Source: the human T2T-CHM13v2.0 reference genome, Homo sapiens
Assembly: GCF_009914755.1 (NCBI RefSeq)
Contig: NC_060935.1
DNA length: 64,000 nucleotides
Direction: 5' to 3' (one strand)
Shown: positions 36,447 through 63,160 of the stretch, piece by piece
Layout of the letters: each line of letters opens with the position of its first letter
Numbering within the stretch: the first letter of the stretch is position 1
Program-made: the position numbers and the translations under genes
Notes under the pieces: model-generated
What the model was told of the DNA's origin: nothing
The model's input: the letters and a program-made list of their open reading frames with translations, nothing else
Database searches by the model: none

Positions 36447-36990
36447 TTTTTTTTTTCAATTAGATAATTTAGTTTTATATATTTGGGGGGACAAGTGCAG
36501 GTTTCTTACATGCATATATTGCATGCATAGAGGTGAAGTCTGGGCTTTTTTTAGTGTGCGCATCGCCCAAATAGTGAACATCATACCCAATAGGTAGTTT
36601 TTCAACCCTCACCCTCCTCCCACCTTCTCACCTTTCATAGTCTCCGATGTCTTTTATTCCACTCTATATGTCCATGTATACCCATTATTTAGCTCCCACT
36701 TATAAATGAGAATATGCCATATTTGACTTTGTTTCTGAGTTATTTCACCGAGGATAATGGCGTCCAGTTCCACCCATGTTGCTGGAAAACACATGATTTC
36801 ATTCTTTTTTATGGCTGAGTAGTATTCCACTGTGTGTGTGTGTGTTGGGCGATGATAATGATGTCCATTGCTGTGTGACAGCTTGGAATTTAATTTATTA
36901 AAGTCAAGTTGGAGTTTATAAACTGCATTTTCTTTATCACTCACTACATTAACTACGTTTTCTTTATCCAATCCTCCATTGATGGACACA
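36447..36990 (-). mobile_element. L1 3'-end fragment (L1PB/L1MA-like), antisense
   Basis: ttagctcccacttataaatgagaatatg...ttcattcttttttatggctgagtagtattcca...tctttatccaatcctccattgatggacac. Confidence 0.85.
36839..36925 (+). repeat. 87-nt direct copy of 35412-35498 (C2CD2L poly(A) cassette, ATTAAA at 36897-36902) embedded in an L1 fragment
   Basis: Ungapped alignment by eye gives 81/87 identical. Confidence 0.93.
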
Positions 36991-37808
36991 TCGATTTGGT
37001 TGATTTTTATGTAGTGAAATGTTCAATTCTAAGTCATGAAAATTCAAAGAGATTTTTCAAGCTGTTTCCCCAGTCTAAGAAATGTAACTCTTAGTGGTTC
37101 ACAGAGGAACAGTTTTTCTACCAGTATGACACGACAACCAAACACAGTGAACTTGTGATTGCACAAGAAACTTTTGTTGATGGGAGAACAGGTATTCAGA
37201 GTTCTACAGGACCTGGGGAATGAGTAGATGGTAACTGGAATCTGTATTGAGCTTCCAGTACTGAGCTGCCCAGAGTTCCATGGAATCACATATTTTAGTG
37301 AAGAAGAGCCTGATCACGTTTCAAAAATAGGGAATTTTTAAATGAATGAAAAAAATACGAAACATATTTTCATCAACTTAATCCATTTCACACTTTCAGA
37401 AGAGATCCACAGCTTTTAATGAGTATGAATTATGCTTTCAGTTTTTGTGGCAGCTTTTAAAGAACAAATCTCAGGATATGTCTGAATTACCCAGCCAAAA
37501 TTGTGGCTTGTTTTCAAGAGAAGCAGATTGAGATAGAAGTAAACTATGCTAGACAGAATGACACTGCTTTAAATTTTGGAAACATATATATGGATCCCAG
37601 AGCAATCCTGAAATTTTTGCTCTGTAACCTATGTTTGAGTTTACACAGCTCTGTGAATGAACTTTTTCTTCATAAAATTGCTAAATAAAGCTAAAAGCTA
37701 TTTTCAGTGGTGTAAATCTGAATTAAAATGAGGATGGCATTTCATGAAGTACTACTATATGCATTTTTGAATGAATAAAGTTGGTAAGATATATTTTGTT
37801 ACTTTTGA

Positions 37809-38122
<314 letters not shown>

Positions 38123-38412
38123 CAAAACCCTATTTTAAAATAGGGACCAAGTTATAACTCACTGTTGTTAAAACCAAAATTTATGCACAAGTATGACTTT
38201 ACTATCTTAATGGCATTTTAAATTTTATTTTATATATATTGAACATTTAATGTGTTTTCTGATTGTACAAATTATATAGGTTTATTTTTAGATTAGAAGA
38301 TACAGAAAACTACAATGCAATAAAATATCAGTCTTAACCAACTTTATTAAGGTATATTATTTAACAAGTATGTCTTGAACCCTTACTGAGTTTCAGCCAC
38401 TGGGCTAAGTGA

Positions 38413-39470
<1,058 letters not shown>

Positions 39471-39559
39471 GAAAGAGAAACATATAATACCAACATTTAA
39501 AACATAATAAGACTAAGAGGCTGAAGGAAAGGGTAGAACCTTCAATCTGAGCCGAGCGG

Positions 39560-39950
39560 GGCCGACAGCGCTGGGCAGCATCCCACGCCTTTTTCTCCGC
39601 GAGGCCCACGCAACCAGCCAACTAAAGCGAAGAACCACGTGAGGGAGACCCCACTGCGCACCAGGCGCGAGCCCTGCGCATGCCCGTTGGGTCCCGGAGG
39701 CCGAGCCTGCGCAGTTAGGGGAACTCAGGCCCATAGGCTCCCCGCCTTTGCGTTGCCCTGAGCAGCGAGGCGCGGTCACGTGCTACCTTTTGCACGTATC
39801 CTGTCGCCCCTCTGTCCGCCCGGGACGCCTAGCCCCACCCACCGTTCCCGCCCCTTCCGTGTTTTGGTGCGCACGGGTTCCGCCAGACACAGCTACCATT
39901 GGCTGTCAGTCGGATCCGAGAACGACGATTGGCTTTCCTTGACCGTCCCT
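39560..39950 (+). promoter_or_regulatory. HINFP: HINFP CpG-island promoter
   Basis: NRF1-like TGCGCATGC 39675-39683; inverted CCAAT (ATTGG) at 39898-39902 and 39928-39932; CpG-rich 39550-40400. Confidence 0.8.
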
Positions 39951-40015
39951 CAAGCGCCTCTCCGGAGATGGTCTGAGGTGGGAGAAGAGCTGAAGAGACC
40001 TGGAGCCGACAGACG
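39950..40015 (+). other. HINFP: HINFP non-coding exon 1 (5' end approximate)
   Basis: Strong donor ACG|GTAAGC at 40015/40016 just downstream of the CCAAT boxes. Confidence 0.7.
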
Positions 40016-41216
40016 GTAAGCTGGGGTATGTGCTCTGCAGGGGCTGCAGGAGGCCAAGCTCTTCCCGAGCCACCTCGGCGAGTATTCTTGCCGCTTGGCC
40101 ACGCTGGTCTGCCCTGGTCCGGTCCCCTCACCCCGACTGGAACCTCCCTGCTTTCTAGTCTAGGGGCGTCGCTGCGGCTGAGACTCGGTCGCCGCCACGC
40201 CTTAGCGTGAAGGATTCCGGGAAGCCTGCGGGACTGCGAGTGGAGAGGTTTTGCCCAACGGGACGGTCTCCTTCCTTCTGTCCAAATTCTACCTGTCCTT
40301 CGAGGCGTGGTGCGGGCCCCACTGCTTAGGGGAGACTTCCTTTTCGCCTGACCGCGGAGGTGTCTCTCTGTCCTGGTCTCCCTCATCGGGTACTTTGTTT
40401 CGGTCGTTGTCTTCACGTATCAGTCTTATCTTTTTGGCCAAATTATGAGTTCTTAGGCGTTTAGGACCCTTTTTTTCTTGAATACCACAGTTCATTCATT
40501 GTCTTGCGTTACAGTATATGCCCTCTTAAGTGTTAAGAGGGTAGAGTGAAGATCATGCCCCTATCTCCTCAGAGTAGAAACAAGCGACACAGAAAGAGAA
40601 ATTAAAGAAGACAGGAGGACAGTCAGAGAGCGTCAGGGAGTTTTGCCTAGGTTTCAGATCATTCTGTATCGCCAGCTAGCTTGCCTCCTTGGACTTACCC
40701 ACCAGTCTAACAGCAGGTGTATGTTTAGAATATTTGTGCTCGGCACAGTGTAGGGACACGGGCAGGTGTGATATGGTTTCTGCTCAGAAGCTTCTTATAG
40801 TCCAATTGGGTAAACGAGACTAGAACACATAAAACGACCATGGCAACATGAAAATAGGGTTGAAGTTTTATGGTGTCAGCTGTGCCAGCCATAGAACTAA
40901 GGAGCAAGAGTAGATTCAGGGATGGGGTAGTTTAGGAAGGCTTCCCGGAATGTGATTATCTCCTGATATTTATTGAGTACCTGGGGTGTGCAAAGCTCTG
41001 TGCTGAATCTGAGAATGAGAAGTGAATAAGTGATGGCCACTGTCCTGAGAAACTCCTAGTCTAGGGGAAACAAGTTTCATTGCATTGATAGCAAAGATGT
41101 GTGTGGATGCCGTGGGCAAGAGATGGGATATGCCAGCTGTACCTGGATGAATTGGGAAGGGGGTCATCAAAGAGAAGACTTTGGGGTTTGAAAGGCGAAT
41201 AGAAGTTGCATAGGCA

Positions 41217-41530
41217 GGCCTGTCGCGGTGGCTCACACCTGTAATCCCAGCACTTTGTGAGGCCGAGGCGGGCGGATCACTTGAGGTCAGGAGTTTGAGA
41301 CCAGCCTGACCAACATGGCAAGACCTCGTCTCTACTAATACTACAAAAATTAGCTGGGCGTGGTGGTGCGTGCTTATAGTCCCAGCTATAATACTTCGGA
41401 GGCTAAGTCACGAGAATCGCTTGAACCTGGGAGGCGGAGGTTGCAGTGAGCCCAGATCACAGCACTGCACTCCAGCCTGGGCGACAGAGCAAGACTCCAT
41501 CTCCAAAAAAAAAAAAAAAAAAAAAAAAAG
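41217..41530 (+). mobile_element. AluS
   Basis: Alu consensus. Confidence 0.9.
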
Positions 41531-41829
41531 AACTTGCGTAGGCAGAGAGTTTTAGGAGAATGTAGAATATTCAGAGACAAAGATGATTGAATCAGAGGAA
41601 GAGGGAATGAAGTATGGGTGAGGAAGCCAGAGAACAGCATCATGTGGGAGAAAGAGCATGATCTTTGGATTGGAATGAGGGTGCTCTTACATCAGATGAA
41701 GTGTAGAGAGGACTCACCACAGGGCTGACACACTGTAGCTTCTCAATAGATGTTCGTTTCCCTACCTAGAACTGGAGAAGTAAAATTGAGACCACTTTGA
41801 GAAGAGCCTTGCATTTCATACTGTAATAG

Positions 41830-42490
<661 letters not shown>

Positions 42491-43019
42491 CAGCAGTCAA
42501 TATTTGTAATAGGGATTCACTAGTAGTCTGTGAGCAGCTCAGCAACCCTATATGCACCCCAGAGTGTTAAGGATGACTGGATTCTTCTCTGAGGAGGAGA
42601 AAAGGCTATGTAGGTACAGTAGGTATAGTGGGTTCAGAAAAGCCTGTATTGGGGGCATGAAGGATCTTCTGTTTTTTCGTATTTTCTGTTTTTTTTCCTT
42701 TTAGTATTCAGTAAAGGCCTTTTTTCAGAGTTCCCACCTGTCTCAGGTAGGCCAGAGAGAGCAACATGGTGGGGTCAGCAAGAATCCGTGAGAATTCCTG
42801 AGGAGAAGGTGACACTCAGGAGACAGAGCCAAGGCCGGCTAGTGTCCTCTCTCTAGCAGAAATTTTGCTTGCAACGTCACCCTCTGTTCTGTGTTTCGTT
42901 TATTCTTTAATTGTTACTCAAAGTATGCTTCTGGAACTGCTTGCATCACAACTGGGGTGCTGAGTTAAAAGGGCAGATTTCTAGGCTTAACCCCTGCCTT
43001 CCTGAATCCGAACTTCTCA

Positions 43020-44068
<1,049 letters not shown>

Positions 44069-44418
44069 ATTTATTACATGCCTAAGCATGCCTAGCAGTG
44101 TATAGACACCCAAGGTGCAGTATAAACTACACAGATACGGCTTTTTATGTTCAAATGGAATCTACATTTTAACAGAAGGTATTAGCAGAGTGGTGGAGTA
44201 AACCGTTGGATAGGTTAGGTAAAGGCAGATTGTATGGCACTGTGAAAGTCTGGCAGGGGACTTATGATTCAATAAGAAATAAGGAGCTTCTAGGCTCATC
44301 TGTAGGCTCTATGGAGTAGAACCGTATATGGACTAGAGTCAGCCCAACATGACCCTACCATTACCACTAGTGTGTGGCCGTGAGCAAGTCAGTTGACCTC
44401 TGGAACTTCAGGTGTTTA

Positions 44419-44781
<363 letters not shown>

Positions 44782-45323
44782 TTAAATGACATAATGCAAA
44801 TAAAATGCTTACTGTGGTGCTTGACATATAGTAAGTGTGAAATTAAAAACAAAAAGATTTATTATCTTCATTTTGCAGATGAGAGTATTCAGAAGTTAAG
44901 TTCTTGACAAAGGTCATACAGCTAGTAGATGGTAGACAGTGGAGCCAGGATTTGAACCCTGATCCTTCTCAAAAGCCATCTGTTTGAACCTGAGCATTGT
45001 TCTGCCTCACAGAGGAATAATTCCTTCTTGGTGGGTTGCTCTGAAGCTTCATGAGAAAATGTCTGTTAAAGCGTTTAGCTCAGTGCCTGGCACACACTCA
45101 ATAGTGTTAGTTTTTGTTTTCCCTTTCCACAAACACCAGACATCTTCCAGGGATTTAAGGAATTACTCCATCCTTACTGTAAAAGGGCAGGGTTTCTCAT
45201 GGGTCACTGGAACAACACGTGCTGATTCTAGGCAGGCTGCCTGCCCAGCTTTTTGCCCTCAGCAGCACCTGGGTGGAATTCTTGCAGCTGTGGATTTCTT
45301 CCTCTTCCTCTAGGGTGAAGGCC

Positions 45324-52878
<7,555 letters not shown>

Positions 52879-53410
52879 AGGCCGCAGAGCCAGACCATTT
52901 CTTCCCCAGGTCCTGAAGTTTGAGCCAGGCAAGTGGCAGTGCCCCTAGTGGGCAGCCGTTGCCAATGGATGCCTTTAGGAGTGGTGCCGAGAGCAGTGTG
53001 GTCCACTCTGGCCTGGGTTTGCATCATTCTGCAGACTCTAAAGACTTCCCTTTTCTGCCAGACTACATTTTGTGGGGAGCCTGAGGACTCTGGATTCTTT
53101 GAGGGGATCCTGGATGTGTGTGTTCTTGTTAAAGAGGCTGTTATCAGGCTTAACCATAACCCTCAAGATCTGCTTGACAGTGATTAAATCCTTAGCTCAC
53201 ATCCATTCCCATCTTTCGGGCTCCTTAGGCCCAAGGATGGCATGTGACTGGTCCCTGCAAGGGTCCTTTCTTTGTCACCAGCCAAGGCATTGATAACCAA
53301 GTAGCCATTTTCCTCTTAAGGTTTCCTCTACAACCCCAAGGACTTTCATGATTATCCTCAGGGACAGGATTGGAGGCATTGAGCGTGTTTATTAACAAAT
53401 TGTTTTTGGT

Positions 53411-53421
53411 AATAAAATAAA
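53411..53421 (+). terminator. HINFP: HINFP poly(A) signals (overlapping AATAAAATAAA)
   Basis: Two overlapping AATAAA ~530 nt after the stop, T-rich downstream. Confidence 0.85.
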
Positions 53422-54126
53422 TGCTTGGACTCTTATTTATTTCTTCTTACATTTGGTGGCAGTTTACTAGGTAATGAGGAGATACAGCCACCCAGAAGAG
53501 GAGCTGAATAGTTAGGCTTGTTCCCCTTCTGGTGACTCAGGTGGTTTGTTTTTTGTTTGCTTAACTGTCCTGTTGTCTTCTCCTCCTCCCCTTGGTGAAA
53601 CTTCGCTATTCTCAGAGCGTATGCCATTTCCATGGAGGTCCCAGGTGTTTGGCTGTGAGTGGGCAGTAGTGGTGCTATAGAATGAACAAGAATGGGCTCA
53701 CTGGGAGGATAGGGCAGCTGACCATGGCCTCACTCTGAATACTGATTAGAACCCAGTGCCTCTAGGGTAGGGGTTCTTTACCTGGGAGTGGGAAGGAAGC
53801 TGGGGGGTGGAGAGGATTGGGAAGCCTCCCAGGGAAGGGAGGCAATCAAGTGGTCCAGGAACCAAACTAGAAAATTGTGTGTCTGAATGTGCATTTTCCT
53901 GGGGAAAGGATCTGTTTTTTGCTAGATTATCAAAGAGATTGAAACCTCCCAAAATAAGAATCATCATTTCGTCTGGTTCAGCTGCTTCTCAGCACCCTGT
54001 GTCCATTTTTATGGTCTACTGCTATGCTGGAGAGGTCAAGGAAATAGTCTTGGGGACAGGAAGCTGCCCAAAAAGGATCTCTGGGCCTTTTTTTGTAAGA
54101 CCTAATTCTATTACTAGAAAAACTAA

Positions 54127-54495
<369 letters not shown>

Positions 54496-55549
54496 TTATT
54501 GAGTTCCTACTATAGTCCAGGCACAGGTGCTAAGGATACAAAGATGAATAAAACCCAGGACCTTCCCTGGAGGGACTTGCAATGCAGAAGCAAGGAAAGA
54601 CTAGGTAAGCTGAGTGATAGAAGTTAATCAGGGTACATTTAGAAGGCTCCAAATAGGAGTAATGGTACTACCTGGGCAAGGGATCAGGAAAGGTTTCATC
54701 CAGGAAGAGACCTTCCACCTAACCAAGACTAGATGAAGACTTTAAAGGTTCTAAACTCTGAAAAGATTGTGGTGTCCCATTTTTCATATGTAATCAGAAT
54801 GAAAATATTAAGCCATGAAACATTTAAAGTTCAACATGATTATACTTAAAACATATATTGTATATAGATTAACTATCAAATTCTGTTTCTAATTTTTTCT
54901 TTTATTTTTCAGTTCCCCAGTTTTGCTGGTGTCTAAGCACTGGCGTGGGGTGTCCCTTGAGTAATGCAGCACTAATGACTCTATCCATTCTTCCATGAGC
55001 AGTGTCTTCGGGAGCAGGCCAGCATTCTATGAAAAGGACCTTCCCTACTAGTCTTCTCAGTCATGCCCACACCAAATCGCATTGCTCTATCTGGACCATG
55101 GAGACAGCAGAAGAGATTCTGGTCTGTTACCATGTGATTCCATTCCCTAGGAGGAGGGGTGACTTGGGATCCTGGACTCAGTATGCATGGCTTAGAAAGT
55201 ACTGGACCAGGAGTGAGGGGTCACTGTTGAGTAGTCTAGGCAGCCAGAGGCCTCTGGAAGGATACTAAAGGCTGTGGTGGGTGACAGTGGGCTCCTGGAG
55301 GGAGGAGGGTGATGATACTAATTTGGTTACCTTAGAATTTCACCTAGAGTCAACCCTGGTCCCAGCATCATGGTGTCTGAAGATTAAGGAGACACCCTGT
55401 CTTAGTCTTCCTTAAAGGGGGTAGGGATAGGAGAGAAGGCAGGTGGCCCAGGAGTTGGAAGCAGATAACTTCTTTTCTCTTATTTGTGGCAAGTCCACAA
55501 CCACAGAGGACTTAGAAGAACTGGGTGGATATAAAAAAGTGTCAACTAT

Positions 55550-56181
55550 GGCCGGGTATGGTGGCTCACGCCTGTAATCCTAGCACTTTGGGAGGCCGAG
55601 GTGGGCGGATCACTTGAGGTCAGGAGTTCCAGACCAGTCTGGCCAACATGGGGAAACCCTGTCTCTACTAAAAATACAAAAATTAGTTGGGCATGGTGGC
55701 ACATGCTTGTAGTCTCAGCTACTCAGGAGGCTGAGGCAGGAGAATTGCTTGAATCTGGGAGGCAGAGGTTGGAGTGAGCTGAGATCACGTCACTGTACTC
55801 CAGCCTGGGCGACAGACCAAGACTGTCTCAAAAAAAAAAAAAAAAAAAGTGTCAACTAAAAAGGAAAATTGAAAAAGAGGCCAGGTGCAGTGGCTCATGC
55901 CTATAATCCCAGCACTTTGGGAGGCCGAGGTGGGTGGATGGCTTGAGCCCAGGAATTCGCGACTAGCCTGAGCAACATGACAAAACCCCAATTCTACAAA
56001 AAATACAAAAATTTAGCCCAGGCGTGGTGGTGCATGCCTGTAGTCCCAGCTACTTGGGAGGCTGAGGTGAGAGAATTGCCTGAGCCTGGGGAAGTTGAGG
56101 CTGCAGTGAGCTGTGATTGTGCCACTGCACTCCAGCCTGGATGACAGAACAGTGTCTCAAAAAAAAAAAAAAAAAAAAAAG
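55550..56181 (+). mobile_element. Two tandem Alus (~55550-55848, ~55879-56181)
   Basis: Alu consensus; TSD aaaaagtgtcaacta for the first. Confidence 0.9.
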
Positions 56182-56601
56182 AAAAATGATTTCTCCAAGA
56201 TGAGAAGGGAGAGGAATGATGAATGGTCATGGGGAATAAATAATTACTGTCAGATTATGACCTAGTGAATTTGGACACTCAATGCATGTTAAATGAATAA
56301 ATGAAGTTTGCTCAAGATCAGGAATCAAATGAGGAACATATCCATTTCATGTACAGTAGCAGAGAGACTTAAGGCTGAGAGGGAAGGGTGGAGGAGATGG
56401 TGAAAGCTTCTTCATACCATGCTAAATAGCTTGGATTTCTTGGCTGGGGAGGGAATGTGGAGGACAAGAAAGTAGATGAAACTTGGAAAGGAATGGGGAT
56501 GTCCCCACCCTCGTGGAACTTAAGGCTAATTTCCTGAGGGGAAGAGACTAGAGGCCAAGGGGAAGAAGCCAGTGAGAGAAGATTTCAAAAATACAAGAGA
56601 A

Positions 56602-57291
<690 letters not shown>

Positions 57292-57589
57292 TCAATACAA
57301 CCATAGAATTTTTTTTTTTTTTCAGCAGACAGGAGCACCCCTGGAACACAAACAGAAAACAGACCACTGGGTGTATCACAGCAATGGTGTGGTGGCCAGG
57401 ACATGGGTTGCACAGGGCCAAGGAGCAAGGCAATTAGAGCAGCTAGAGATGGATCATGAAGTCCAGACTGGACGGTGAGGGCCTAGGAAGCTGGAGGTAG
57501 TACAGCAGTTACAGTCACACCACTGGAGGTTCCAGTGAGGCTTCTGAAGATTAGTGGGCAGAAAGGAAAGTTTGTGGTCAAGAAGGGAA

Positions 57590-59626
<2,037 letters not shown>

Positions 59627-59802
59627 TAAATGGAGCTATTCAGAGTCTAGAGTACGTCCACAGGGAAGTAGGCTGCTAAAGGGAGACAGGTCACTGGAGT
59701 AGAATAGACCAAGAGAAATAAGGCATTTTGAATGCCTACTAGGAGTGACCTTTCTGACCCACCCATCAGTGACGTGGATCTTTATGATACTGTGAAACAT
59801 AT

Positions 59803-60736
59803 CAGGTGGCCCTCCATATCCGTGGGTTTCACATCCATGGATTCAACCAACTTCGGATTGAAAATATTCAGGAAAAAAAATGGCAGGTGCATCTGTATTG
59901 AACGTGTACAGACTTTTTTTTCTTGTCATTATTCCCTAAAAATATACAGAATAGTATAACAACTATTCACATAGCATTTACATAGTATTACGTATTATAA
60001 CTAATCTAGAGACGATTTAAAGTATATGGGAAGGGCCGGGTGCAGTGGCTCATGCCTGTAATCCTAGCACTTTGGGAGGCTGAAGTGGGCAGATCACTTG
60101 AGGAGTTCAAGACCAGCCTGGCCATTATGGCAAAACCCCGTCTCTACTAAAGATTCAAAACTTAGCTGGGCATGGCGGCACGTGCCTGTGATCCCAGCTA
60201 CTCAGGAGGCTGAGGCAGGAGGATTGCTTGAGCCCAGGAGGTAGAGATCACAGTGAGCTGAGATCGCAGTGAGCCGAGATCACACCATTGCATTCCAGCC
60301 TGGGTGACACAATAAGACTGTCTCAAAATATATATATATATATTATATATAAGTATATATGATATATAAGTATATATTTAAGTATATATAAATATGTAAG
60401 TATATACTTATGTATGTATAAGTATATATAATATATAAGTATATATAAAATATATAAGTATATGTTTTTATATAAGTATATATAATATATAAATATTATA
60501 CGTAATATTTATGTATGTGTGCAGGGAATTCAAAGCCAGCTTTCAAAGATCAGATCAAAACTACTATAAAGTCTGCTTTAATACATGAAATTAAAAAAAT
60601 ATAAAGTATATGGGAGGCTGTGCACGGGTTATGTGGAAATACTATACCATTTTATATTGGGACTTGAACATCTGTGGACTTTGATATCCAAGGGGAGTCC
60701 TGGAACCAATCTCCCACAGATACTGAGGGACGACTG
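59803..60736. mobile_element. MER2-like Tigger MITE carrying an Alu insertion (60034-60329)
   Basis: Imperfect ~24-bp TIRs: caggtggccctccatatccgtggg / cccacagatactgagggacgactg. Confidence 0.8.
60327..60515. repeat. AT-rich low-complexity repeat (TA)n/(TAAGTATATA)n
   Basis: Seen directly. Confidence 0.9.
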
Positions 60737-61135
60737 TACAAATGTACAATATTTGGTCTTTTCCTCATTTCCTGGCATACAACTTCTAAAATCCTTGGAC
60801 TCTTCACAGTGTAAGTGTCTTTTTGTGACCCAATGAGTTGATTGAGGGCTGGCAGCACCTAGGTAGCTTCAGGATGGGCGCTGATCATTGGAAAGACCAA
60901 GGCAGAATTAGAAGGGTGAGACTTTCAGCCCCACCCCACAACCACCAGGAAGGGGAGAGGGGCTGAAGGTTGAGTTGATCACCAATGACCAATGATTTAA
61001 TCAACCATGCCTATGTAATGAGCCTCCATAAAAACTCAAAGGAGGTTCAGAGAGCTTCTGGATAGCTGAACATGTGGAGGTTCCTGGAGTTCCTGGAGGG
61101 TTCTTGGAGAGTGCATAGAAGTTCTCCACCCTCTT

Positions 61136-61852
<717 letters not shown>

Positions 61853-62448
61853 CTATTAGCCACTCTAGCAAATTAATCAAACCCAGTGAGGGAGTTGAGG
61901 GAACCCTGATTTATAGCCAGTTGGTCAGAAGCATGAACAGAAACAACCTGCGGCTTGTGATTAGCATTGGAAGTGGGGGGTAGTCTGTGGGACTGAGCCC
62001 TCAACCTGTGGCATCTGACACTATCTCCAGGCAGGTAGTGTTGGAATTGAATTGAATTAGAGGACAACCAGCTGGCGTCCACTGCAGAATTGATTGCTTG
62101 CTTAAAGTGTGGGGCAAAACACCCACACATCTGGCATCAGAAGAGTGTTGTGAGAGTATAGTAAGAGAAACTGAGTTTGTGTATTTCTGTGTATTCTCAA
62201 CCCAGTATTAGGGGTAGGAGAACAGGGCCCAGAGAAAAGCTGGGGAGACACCTGATCTGTAAGGCTGGTTCCACCCAAAAGATACAGCCAAGAGGTGTGG
62301 TGTGAGTTCAAGTTTTAAGAGAAGGAAGAAAAAGAGATAAGAGACTTCGGCAGAGACCCTTGGCATTCTGCAGCTTTGGAGAACCCCAGTTTCTTCTTAT
62401 CAAAGGAAATGGTGGTACATAATTATCAAAGGAAATGGTGGTACATAG

Positions 62449-62797
<349 letters not shown>

Positions 62798-62844
62798 AAC
62801 ACTGCACTTTTAAAATTCACTTCAAAATTGCTTGATTTTGTTTT

Positions 62845-63160
<316 letters not shown>

